DNA of 64,000 nucleotides from Ophelia neglecta (Eukaryota): NCBI GenBank assembly GCA_965285935.1, contig OZ260667.1, positions 23,994,001 to 24,058,000 of the forward strand, read 5' to 3'. Shown piece by piece: positions 13,261 to 25,336 of this stretch (position 1 is its first letter; each line of letters starts with the position of its first letter). The notes under the pieces were generated by a model. It saw only the letters and a program-made list of their open reading frames with translations, ran no database searches and was not told where the DNA came from. The position numbers and the translations under genes were made by a program.

Positions 13261-13493
13261 ACATTCAATGTCCCAAACCTATTTATTGATAAACTAACTA
13301 CTATTTTGTAAATTGCCGAGTATATCAGTTTTCACCGCAGAAATTTCTGCCGGCAAAGATATCTGAAGGGAGATCAGAGCTCCGGAAAACCGGAAAAGTC
13401 GAGTGGCGCCGAGGACAAGGGGAAATTTAACTTATTTATAACATAAATATTTATATAGAGACAAGTGAACTTTTATTTATATTTTATTTTAAG

Positions 13494-15733
13494 CCGTAAG
13501 ACGCCGTCCCAAGAAGAAACTGTGTATGCTGGAAGACTGGGAACCAGTTGATCAAGACCAATGGACTTGCGAAAAGGAATGCTACTGTGTGCGACATAAA
13601 GTCAAGGTGGAAGCCAATCAAAACGCTATGACTGAAATTTGTTTTCATCTAACCTATTGGTCGCCAATTTAATCTTCACCTGGAAAATTGTTTAGTCGCT
13701 TTTTCCATTTATAAGCAAGTTTTCTACTTTCTTACAATGATTCTTCTTGGTTAATTCATTTCAATTTTATATTTTTATTGTCCAGGGAATCTGTACTCTT
13801 CATTAATTGAGGTAATAAGTATAAGTATAAGTATATATATATAAGTATATATATATGTATATATAATTTGGTAATGGGGTCACTGGGGAAGGCGGGGGGG
13901 GGGGCAAAATTTTTACCTGAAATTTGAGGGGGGGGGCATATTAATTTGTTCATGATTTGCGAAGTTACCGCTACCCCCCTGCCCCCCCCCCCCCCCCGCA
14001 CACAAACACACCCCTGACATGCATCATGATCATTCCCTAACACCTGTGAATGGCTTGACCCGTTTCATCTTGTAATAATAATATCATATTTTCCGTCTTT
14101 TAGCACAGACGGCCTGGTTCATTCATAAATAAGTCTCTGGCGGTTCATTCATTTAACGTGACACGAGGGGCGTGTAGGTATAGAAGTGTGACCTATATAC
14201 TCTTAATGACATAAAAGTAACAAAACATACATATATCAAATTCTTATATCTTTCGTAATTCAATTAATCAATATTACTAAGTCATTTAAAATAGTAAAGT
14301 GAAATAAAGTAATGAGTTTTGACAATCGAAATGAATATGTCAGAAATAAACATCCCCAGACGAAAGTTGACAATGGCCCAGTCCATCGCCTGTCAAGTCT
14401 GTCGACTTGGCAACCGTGACGTAATGCGGTCAGAGTTTGTTGTGGTATCCACGATGTTGCTAAGGGTTGTAAAAGTTGTTAAAGGGCCTGCGGTTACTTT
14501 AACATAAACAAATGACGTGTGACCTGTCTGGATTTTTAAAAGGTCACACGGACACATATTTGCAGTGACAGTCTAGATAGGGTGCTTTTCTGTTTCCAAT
14601 CATCTGAATCAATTATTTTTTTGTGATAAGTGATAGATTAATTTGGAATTAGCCGTGGAGAACCTGCCCTTCAAATTTTGCATACAACAGCAAATGTAAA
14701 GGCCTTCTTTAAAACCTCGAATCCAAGGCGGGTTTTGAAACATTTCGGAACTCAACTTCCTCCTCCTGAGGTTAAACAGAACCTACCCATGATAAATAAT
14801 TGTGACATACTAGCCATCAGCTAACTTTTTCTATTCCTATATGAACTGCACAGACTCGTTAATTGGCACTCTCAATTTAATGGCACAGCTCAAACTAGCA
14901 AGCACTAAGAACTAACGGACGGACGGACATATTAGTAATGGTGGTGTCGGGCTATTTTGAAGAAAAAAATCTATATAATGCTAAAAGTATTGGTACTTCC
15001 GACAGTGATGGACAAATTATGAAGTCTCAGAAATAAGCTCTTAGTCTATTGTCAGTGTATATCCCCCAACAGGATATACAAATTCTGTGACCCCCCCCCC
15101 CTCCCCCCAGTGACCCCATTATCAAACCAAATTGTATATATATATATCCTTAGCATAGTGAAATCTTTACGTATTAAACTAGACAAAAATGGTCTTCTTA
15201 ACCAGTGTCAACAGCCGGTTTGTGAGTTCCCATTTTGCGTGGATGCGGTTTTGGACCTGAGTGTTTCGTGTTGTCCATTTTGTCCTACTGGTAGGTTTTA
15301 AAGTTAGCACCTCATCCTTTTTATTCGAAGAAAACCAGTGGTGACACCGAAAGGTTTCTGCAACCGCTGGCGCCGTTTGAACTTTAACACGTTAACATAA
15401 AATTATGGGACCCCTGGGCTGCATGCGATTCGAATATAACCGTTGGTTTTATTTGTTATAGTTTACTATTGAAATTCACTTTTCTTCGTAAAGACACGTA
15501 AGAAATTTCAAATTTTTAATGAAACCAAACTTGAAAACAACGCATAATGTTCTGTGTATGGTAAAAAATGACATTTTCACAATATTGCAGGACCAAACTG
15601 CTGGATAAATGGCGATAAAATTCCTTTTGGCCAGTACATTGCAACACCAGTGCCCCAGTCTTCGCACTGTATCAATATATGTCGCTGTGGTGAAACTCCG
15701 AGGGGCCGCCCTGTGTGTGTCATGGGTTGTTAA
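13494..15733 (+). CDS. Gene D: paralog of C (exons 13494-13606, 15206-15290, 15591-15733); first exon unresolved, possibly a pseudogene
   Basis: VRRRPKKKLCMLEDWEPVDQDQWTCEKECYCVRHKVK-CQQPVCEFPFCVDAVLDLSVSCCPFCPT-GPNCWINGDKIPFGQYIATPVPQSSHCINICRCGETPRGRPVCVMGC*. Exon phases match C, and the first of these exons is 113 nt in both genes. Confidence 0.8.
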
Positions 15734-17371
15734 CTTTATTTAATAATATAAAACCATAGTTGATCCGACAGCCTCTGCTAATCGATTAACGTTCGCTTGT
15801 TGGCAAAAAACATATATATAAATTACGTTTATGTAAGATCTGTATGTTAATATGTGCTATGCTCTATATCCCATTGGGCATTTTAACCGAATGTAACTAA
15901 TTATATAAATGTGAAACCAGCTTTTCAGCGACTGTCATGCACAGAGATGGATATAATAATATATTGATTTGCCATAGATTTATTCCTCTATTAATTGATT
16001 TTATGTTTTATTTCTATCTTTATACCTTATGCTTTCAATAATGGTCGACGTACAAGTAGGCCTAATTAACAAAAAAACACCACGATATTAAGAAGTATTA
16101 AATTACCAAAAACCATTTGGACATTCGAATACAAACTTCACTGACTACATGTTCCAGACCACAAGTACCTCGGAGAATAAATGGAAAAGCAATTCTTTGT
16201 CAGTCAATATCAGCTAAATGGCCCACTTTTGACTTAAATTGTGGACAAAGGATGAAAGTCGTTAATTTCGTTCGTTTTTATTTATATCAAAGTCAAAATT
16301 ATCAAAAACATAATTACCTAAAAAAAGTAAGACATTTAATTCATTTTAAATAATAACCTCGGTATTTCATTTAAACATTTTAAAAAGGCAACACATATGC
16401 TAAGAGGTTATGTTTTTTCCCGTCCAATCATACCCCAATCGTACTTTTGTTTTGTTTTCAGCCACACACAAACTATTCTAGCTTTTATAAATGCTCAAGG
16501 AACAATAATGCAATGTTTATCTGGTGTTTCCAGGTAATTTTGTTCAAATGGTCCAATAAATACATACATATTAATTCATTCCAATAGAATGTCCATGACG
16601 GTCCTCAAAAAACCATGGGCGCTGGAAAAGCACAACATTCGAGCAATACAATTGCACGGTAATTGAGAGATAGCATATTTGTACTTAATTGTAACCCATA
16701 CAAATCTAATAATTGGTCGATTCTTACTAGGAAGTGTTGGAGATATTTCTAACATTCACATTCTTGGAAACGTGGGCAAGCGTTTTTTTTCAGCAAAATT
16801 GGATATTCATGAAGTTTGATCGACCACAAAACAGAAGAGGTAATGCAGGGTATGGTTTTTGAATCATTCCAATTTAGAAATTATTCCATTTTAAATAATT
16901 AAGGCAGATCATTTTCAAACGAAAAAACAAACCACACATGATTATTATAATGATCAAGGGGCAATTTTACATTATAAAATTATCTCTTTTTTATTTTAAA
17001 AAATAATATAATCAAAAAAAGAACATTTGGGTAGAGTGCGCATATGAAAATACCCGACATTGCACGTCCAGAAAACTAAAACGACCAAACTATTTCCACT
17101 TGCATCAATAATTATGGCTTATTGTAGGATTTGCTGTAATTTTCATGGTCATTAAAACATAGTTTACAGTGTTTGGTTAATTAATCTCCTCTCGCAAGGC
17201 AATAAATTGGAATAAAATAATCATATTGAGCAACAAAATAAAAAAAATCATAGACTCGTGTATAAACAAATATCAACCTATTGTCAATAATTACAGTCCT
17301 TATTACATCGGATGTATGCAAATAGCCCCATCGGATAATTATGATACACTTAATTGTTATCAAGTTTTAAG

Positions 17372-17380
17372 TATATAAAA
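17372..17380 (+). promoter_or_regulatory. TATA box, gene E
   Basis: TATATAAAA ~125 nt upstream of the ATG; positionally conserved with the gene F TATA box. Confidence 0.6.
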
Positions 17381-17504
17381 GTGTGGCATTGACAATAGAG
17401 TTGTAATTTGTGTGGGGAAGGTATCTCTGGAAAGAAGAAGTCCATACTATTTGCAAGATCCGCAAAATATAAATAGGACTAGTGTGGTGGGGTTTTTCTT
17501 AACC

Positions 17505-18753
17505 ATGGAGGGAATTCTGACATTGGTGTACGTATTTGCCCTGGTAGGATCTGTTATCTCTAAACCTTGGCTGGAAGAAGAGCGCTCTCAAGGTATTCTG
17601 TGCCACAAGTTCAAAGTTTTATTTTCATCTAGAAGAAAAAGAAATCATTTGGAATGAATCATAAATATATTGCATTGGTTAAGTACAAAAAAGTGTCAGT
17701 TAATTCATTATAGCAATTACAAATTCGGTAGTTACGCGCAATGTTAACACACTATTTTAATACACACCTTTATTCATTTATGAATGCAATTCTGTATTAG
17801 TTTTTCCATTTCATGTCATTTTTTTAGCTCACGCGAAGTAGAGTAGTTGATGATGTGTCTATGTTTCCAGATTTCCACAACAGGCGTGGTCTTGGCCTGA
17901 ATCCACGGGTGTTTCAAGCTTCTAAGAGCAAGGCAGAGAAACGAAATGGTGTGACATGTGAAATGTTTGGCCAGCAATGGCCACCTGGGATAATTCAGTC
18001 TGAAAATCCCTGTCAGGTAATTTCCATTAATATAATTCAACTTACTTTCTTTATATGCTCCGAAAAGACAGGACCAATTAACCAACCCTTCCACAACACC
18101 CTATGCAAAGCAACACTAAATATTCAATTGCTCCTACAAAGATATAAAACTCAGCGTTTGGTATCTTATTTGTACAAGAAAAAGGTTACATTCCACTTGT
18201 CTGATAAGAAGAAACTTAATGGAACCCTACAGTCTAATGCTCATACCTAGGACCACACTTACATATATAGGGTAAGTGTGGTCCTAGGTATGAGCATTAG
18301 ACTCTTTAATGACGTACTTTGTTTTGACTCATCCTCTGTTCTAGGAATGCGAATGTTTCGATGACGGACGTGCGTTTTGTTATACTTTTGCGTGTACAAT
18401 ATATATCTGTGCAGACGATGAAGTGTCGTACAAACCCAAGGGCGAGTGCTGTGCAAGATGTGTTCCAGCCAACGGTCAGTTTGTCATTGATCTAGCAACC
18501 AATTACGCTTGTTAACAGACGAATTTGGTCGTGTTTTGACTTATTCAAGGGTGATTTATATGGATTTATCAAGCACCATTGAGAAATATATTTGATGCAT
18601 TATATATCCTATTCGGAAAGAACCATTAATGTTTTTATATTTAGATTGATTTGTTTTATCATCCATTTCCTAGATATTCCTACTAAGGCAAAACGCAGTT
18701 CGCATGAGACAAAAAGAGATTTTCCATTCATCGGGCGAGGATATCCTTTTTGA
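17505..18753 (+). CDS. Gene E: 147-aa secreted precursor with a VWC domain and dibasic-flanked peptides (exons 17505-17592, 17871-18016, 18345-18474, 18674-18753)
   Basis: MEGILTLVYVFALVGSVISKPWLEEERSQDFHNRRGLGLNPRVFQASKSKAEKRNGVTCEMFGQQWPPGIIQSENPCQECECFDDGRAFCYTFACTIYICADDEVSYKPKGECCARCVPANDIPTKAKRSSHETKRDFPFIGRGYPF*. GT-AG introns; exon sizes 88/146/130/80 are identical to gene F. Confidence 0.92.
18231..18303. repeat. Perfect 32-bp inverted repeat with 9-nt loop in intron 2 of gene E
   Basis: agtctaatgctcatacctaggaccacacttac-atatatagg-gtaagtgtggtcctaggtatgagcattagact. Confidence 0.95.
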
Positions 18754-20412
18754 ACCTGATTTTTCGTCACTGAGTGGAACGATGGACAGTTAACATGAAG
18801 ATACTATTCATACCCATACAAAAGCTCATTTATTTGCAATCATTTCTACTAGACTTTAAAGTTATATTATTTTTAGGCATTTTATATATTGATTATATGG
18901 GCTGGAATGTAGAAAGTGACATAAAGATTCAAATGATATTTTGATATTATCTAACTAATAAATGTCAAAAACAACGATGTGGAAGAGATTGATGATGTTG
19001 TTTTTTGCATGTTAATCGTGCATTGTTTACTGATTAGTGTGTAGATAAATTCTGATATTTAAAGTTTTCGTGTGTGAAGGAATGGAAATTGTATTTGAAC
19101 ATTCAATCACCTAAAGTCTTGGAGCCCTCCGACTGAGAATTTTCTTAATTATGGTTGGGAGGTGTTACAAATGGAACGAATCACTCATCATTATACGTGT
19201 ATTGGATTTATTATTCATTAATCATAGATGGTTTATTACTGGCCCTATGGCCCTCTCGATAATACTACCGCGTGAAACCACGGTAATCTTTTTTGAATAA
19301 ATGCATGTGCTGTTATGTGCTTGGAGGGACCATATCTCCTAAATACTGGCCTTTCATACGTTGTTGATGCTTTAGTATCAAAGAATGCAATCAAACAGTG
19401 TTAGCCTATAAATATTAGTTGTACTTATTTGTACATCTTTGTATTTTTAAGGTTTTATAACATTTGAGCGTGGAGTCGGATTGCTTGAGCCCTATCTTGT
19501 AAATAATAGCTAGCTATAGCCTATTTATATTGAATGCATTCGCCAAGTACAAATGATTCAACAAATGATTTTACATCACCCCAAACACAGACCGCCAAAG
19601 ACTTGAACTTATTCTAAAATCAGGCGCGCGCGATTTTCTCATTTTCTCATAAACCACTATGTACAGGGTACTACTTTCAAAACATTTTTGAGTTATTTGA
19701 GTAACTATATTGGATACGAAGCAGTATCGGTCCAAATATATAACGGCAGCCTACGAGGAATTTTATCTTCTTTATATTTACCTTTTTCATTATAGTATGC
19801 AAAGTGGAACACATTTATATGAACGTATATATTTATATTTATCTAAGCCTTTAACTTAGAGTGGGGAAATACATGTAGAGTCGTGACCGACTGCAAAGAA
19901 AAAAGTTACCGACATTAAGGCCTACATGAATTATTCTAATTGAGAAATTAGTCTAAATTAGATAACTATAAGGCGAACCATTCTTTAAAGTCCAAACACT
20001 CCACTAGGTTCATTAAAGTGTAAAAATACCTTCAATCGAAATTTTACCCCTGTTTGATAGAACGGAATGTAATGACCTCAAAATATAGGCCTAAATGTTT
20101 TGGCAAGGTAAACAGCAAAAGTATTTGCACTTGGTGCCATTTAAATGTGTATAAATGTAAATTGCTGTAATTTTCACTATCGTTTTATGATACTTTGCAG
20201 TGTTAGGTTAATTAATATCAATTCACAGGGCGTTAAATTGTGACAAACCTATCATATTCTGCAACGAGATTGACAAAACTCTGCTCTCGTGTATGAGCTA
20301 AATAACAATTTATTTGTCGACAATTCCAGAATTTATTATGACGGTGGGTGTAGGGCATTTGCGTCAACAAGTAATTGTACTAAAGTGCTTATTTTCCAGG
20401 TTAAAATCACTC

Positions 20413-20419
20413 TATAAAA
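20413..20419 (+). promoter_or_regulatory. TATA box, gene F
   Basis: TATAAAA ~115 nt upstream of the ATG, at the position equivalent to gene E. Confidence 0.6.
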
Positions 20420-20532
20420 GTGAAAACTTTGCATTGGGTGGTAAATGGAGTAGAGAAGGTCTCGAACAAATATACAAAACTATTACAAGATCTACATTAT
20501 TTAGATAAGCCTAGTGTAGTTCTTTTTTCGCA

Positions 20533-21843
20533 ATGGAGGGTACTCTGGAATTAATATGTCTACTCGTCCTGGTAGGATCTACCATTGCTAAACCTTGGCA
20601 GGAAGAGAAGCGTTCTCAAGGTATTTTGTGGCATTAGTTCATAGTTTATATTTTGGCTAATCATAAGAAGGAAGTAAAATCGTTTTTGCAGAAAACCTGA
20701 ACTCCATCGCATTGCTTAATCTTACATATTTGACCCATCAACTCATATCCGTAATAACAAATTTGGCTATTACGTGCACTGCATAATTTATACTTTTGCT
20801 TAAACATGAATGTTGTCGAAATGCTCGTGCGGGATGTATAATTATCCTGGTATGTGCAGGACGGTATTTTCTTCGAGTATTTTCCATTTGCACATTATTG
20901 TATTAATGATGTTTCAATGTCTCCAGATTTTCACCACAGGCGTGGTCTTGGCCTGAATCCACGGATGTTTGAGACTGCCAAGGGCAAGACAGAGAAACGA
21001 GATGATGTGACATGTGAACTTTTTGGCCAACAATGGCCAACTGGGGAAATTCCCTCTGAAGATCCCTGTCAGGTAATTTCAGTCAATACGATTCGACTTA
21101 TTATTTTAAGCACTAAAATATACACATGACAAAATATACGCCCAACTATAACCCTGAAGTCGTCAGCAGTTCTGCATAATTTCCCACCCGTATTTCCAAC
21201 GAAAAAATACCCAACTTGACGTATACATTTTATATATACATGGGCCGATCGCATTTAGTTTTTTAATATTTTACCATGTTATTTTTAACTTTAATATTTG
21301 TGATTGGAAATAGAATATGTTCCCTTTGTATTCGCATTAAATTCGTTAAACTAAATTCAATAATGTTGCCACACTTCATTTAACTGACTCATTGTTCTAG
21401 GAATGTGAATGTTACGATAGCGGACAGGCAGCGTGTTTCGAAATGTTTTGTACAATATACATATGTAAAGACAATGAGGTGTCGTACAAACCCGAGGGCG
21501 AGTGCTGTGCAAGATGTGTTCCAGCCAACGGTCAGCCTGACATAAAATCTAAAACATTAGCTTGCTTGTTATTAGAAACACTTTGTCGTATATTAGATCT
21601 ATTGAAATGTTTTATACTGCGGATTTATCTGGCGCCATTGAGTACAAAACTAGACACAATTTATGTCAGAAAAGATACAGGTCTATTTTCCCTTATATCA
21701 TATTCGGAAAGGACGTTTACGCTGTGTTACTTAGATAAATGTTTGTTGTGCTTTATTTTCCAGATATTCCCACTATGGCAAAACGCGGCGGGTACGAGAT
21801 AAAACGAGATTTCCCCTTCCTCAAGCGAGGGTTTCCATTCTAA
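20533..21843 (+). CDS. Gene F: tandem paralog of E, 147 aa (exons 20533-20620, 20927-21072, 21401-21530, 21764-21843)
   Basis: MEGTLELICLLVLVGSTIAKPWQEEKRSQDFHHRRGLGLNPRMFETAKGKTEKRDDVTCELFGQQWPTGEIPSEDPCQECECYDSGQAACFEMFCTIYICKDNEVSYKPEGECCARCVPANDIPTMAKRGGYEIKRDFPFLKRGFPF*. Confidence 0.92.
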
Positions 21844-24800
21844 TGTAAACTGATGTTTTTTCGTCACTGAGATGGACAGAGAAGCGCTCTACATATAGTC
21901 AAGAATCATCTGAATAAAAAAGACTATTTCTGCCCATTTCTGTCAGTGGCACTTTAGATATTAGGCTCTATTAAATTCAATTTGTAGCAAAGGTTAGTTT
22001 GTTTTCGTCCCATATTTCTCATCCTAACTTTTATTCAGTCAGAATTATATGTGTGTCGTTATATCTGTATTTGCACTGATTCGTCAATGATGAATAAAAC
22101 AACTCTGGTTTTCGATCTATTTATGGTTTCATTATTATATATAAAACATAATTCAAAAAGCGAAACTCTCAATACATTTTCTTTTAACGACGCAACTATC
22201 AGTTCTCCTATTCTATTTAGTGAGTGTGAATTTCGGAAATTAAATTTTAATTTAGAAATAAAATGTACCCTACTTTAGAAATAGTGTTCCCGGCTTTGGT
22301 TGGGAAGCATGAAAATGTTATTTCCAAATTCGAAAATGTTATAGTAAAATATGGCAATGAAATCTTCAAATTGGATTATGTGCTATGTCTGTGAAATTTA
22401 AGAGTAAAACTTCAGCGTATGAAAGTCTTTAAAAGCTGAGCGTTTATCTTATACTTTATTCAATGTTCATGTTGGTGGGATTATAAACGGTGACATGAAA
22501 TTTTTAAATAAACAGTCATTGTGGTAATAACCAGCTCCTGACATTTCATGAAAAACGATATGGATAATGTGTTAGCCATGGGTATGACATGTTTGAGTAA
22601 TCCGTGGGAATCTCTCTCCATTCATCACATAAATCTCACTTATGCTGTCAGTGCTGGCAAAGTGTACGTCATTACATTAAACCATAATAACTAATTTCAC
22701 AATTTGGCTTCCACAAAAATGCCACTTGGAAATGTTTATCGTGTTTTAAAAGGGTCATTTGAATAGAGAAACAAGGTTTACTGCCAAATAGACATCATTA
22801 TACTAAACGCATTTGAGATTGCAAAAACGCATGAGCCTAGCTCGATAAGTTTTAATATTTTAATATTTCATATCTAATCTATTGTTTATTTCTTTTGAAC
22901 TGTGAACCATCCGGGATGCAATTCTCAAATGCAGAAGTCTCGGGGACCAGCTGAGTAGTGGGAGGTGGTCCTAATTCAAAGAATCGCCCAATGGCTCAGT
23001 ATTTTCGTTCCATGACACGTGATATTATGTTGCAATCAATGAGAACAAGATTGCCAACTGGAAAGAGCCCAAATCTAAAAGGTTATCCACCAGACTCCGA
23101 AAGGGAAATGTCCATACGCTAAACTCAAGCACTGAAGCACATCTCACACTAGGTGGTCACCGGTATTTTATTGGTTAAAGTGCAATGCTGAATATGCAAT
23201 GCGTTGAAGGTTAAGGACATTAGCCATTTCAATGCAATAAAATTAATCTTAATTTGATTTGAACAAGGGTCACGGCGCTTCAGCTGAGGACAAACTTTGA
23301 ATGTGCGTTCTTGCCCTTACCTAAATTATTAGGTCATGGTCATTCGTGAATACTAATTATAGTTAGTGAACAGCCTGAACAATTTCTGCTTTTGCCAACA
23401 TCTTCGTTATGGCTCGAGCTATAGGCCCTTGAGATTATGTATTTTGTTTTGAATCGCAACACCTTTAAGTGGAAACATGCGGTAGTTTTGCAAGGCCGAT
23501 TCTTTACATAGGATATTCATCAAACCAAAAACTACATGTGGTCGCAAATTTGATGACTAATAAAGCTTGGGTTTTAACATATTTATTAACAGATTCAGAT
23601 TAAGTGATAATTTATTCGACCAATTTATATATATAATTATAAAATAAAATACAAAAACATAAAAACCATATCAAAATATTTGTCATGGAGACTGGCATTA
23701 AGATTTAAACAAAAGCACTGGCATGAAAGCGACCATAAAAAAGAGGCCTAGTAACATATACTTGAAAGTAATTGTACATAAACAATATATTTTTCACAAT
23801 TGCACGCAAAATAATATCAAAGAATAGCAAAACATGTAGGTAACTGCCTATTCTTTACCATCAACGGACATCATACTACTTAGATCAAAGATGGGGATAG
23901 AACAGATGTTGCTTAGCCCATTTAGAGCACATTTGGTTTCGCCAGAGAAACTAGGCTATCGGAGTCTAATTTACTAAGTAAGATTGCAATTTTACTGTGG
24001 GTTGTTAGAAGCCATAGTGTAGTCCGGTGGGCGATTTTCATAAAAGGCATCGGTCTCGGTCGTGTTTTGCAACGGTTTTTTAAAATTCTAATTTAACCAC
24101 TAAAGTAAAACATTCGCTTTTATTCGCTTCAAAAGACGATCCTAAAACAAACAGTTCAGACGAATTGCTATATGTGCTTTCATTATACCTCATTAAAATA
24201 ACTTGTGGAATTAACAGTATCCGTCTACCGAAAAGAAGTAATCAATCAATCAAAAACAAAATTTTCTCAGAAAATAAATCAACATTAATAATATATAGCA
24301 AGAAACAAAAAGAATCATGCCTCTTTAAAACCTGCTGAAAGTATTAGTAATTCATAAAAGGGCTTTGATACCAAGAGAATTAGCTCGATTGCTGATTTAT
24401 TAACTAGTACTAATACGATGAACCAACTCGTCAAATCTATATTTTCCAGAATAGCTGGGTAGGATGAAACACTGATAATGACCATCCCTACTCCAATGTC
24501 ATGTTCATTAAACTGTGTATGTATTGAACAGAATTAGGACATAGCGAATGGTTGGCACGATATGCAAAACATAATAATATGGTACATCCAATTAACAATC
24601 AATTTCATACGGACACCTGGTTTCAATCGATAAAAGCACAATATGAGATATTAAAACGAGCAATCCCTGACAAGGCTTAACAAATATGTATTGTCCTGAA
24701 TATATTCTGATGGCTGCTGCATAATTGCCATTGAAATTAAGCGGATGTTTGCGATAGTAGGCCATGCTATGCACTGATATGACATCATCAAGATGCGGGA

Positions 24801-25336
24801 AGAAGAATCATAAACGATTAACTGTCATATTTATTGATGGATTAGTTATTAAGGCAGTACACAGCATTCTACATCACAACGAAACTCACGTACGTGGAAG
24901 CGTTTTTTCTCGCAACACTATCCAAAAACATAATAGGGGGATGACCTTTAGTGGAAGGATTTCAATGACTCAAGAACCTATAGGAGCAGAAGCAACATCG
25001 TATTGAAATCATCTAATTTGGCTTATGTGATTTACAAATAGTGTATTATTAGGAGAAGCCAATGCTTTCAGATTGCAAAATGGACATCTATGTGTTATTC
25101 AATAGAGAAGGCGTTGTACTCTTTTCGAGGTAGCATGCATGCTCATTAACACATTGATTGATATCAGTGCAAACTAACGTTACGTGTTTCTTTTTAAGAA
25201 AAGCTGTGTTTACCACACAGGACAAAACCCAGTAGCACAATGTTGATTGGTTGAAATGGTGAATTTATAAAAAACAAACAGATGAAATGATTGTACAGTG
25301 ATAATCGTAACTACTGGATATTAATTGCCAAACATA

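Noticed and set aside
18674-21843. GYPF/GFPF as opioid (endomorphin/casomorphin YPF) homologs; GLGLNP as FFamide-like
   Set aside because: The matches are only 3-4 residues, Tyr is not N-terminal, and the FFamide C-terminal motif is absent, so the resemblance could easily be chance.
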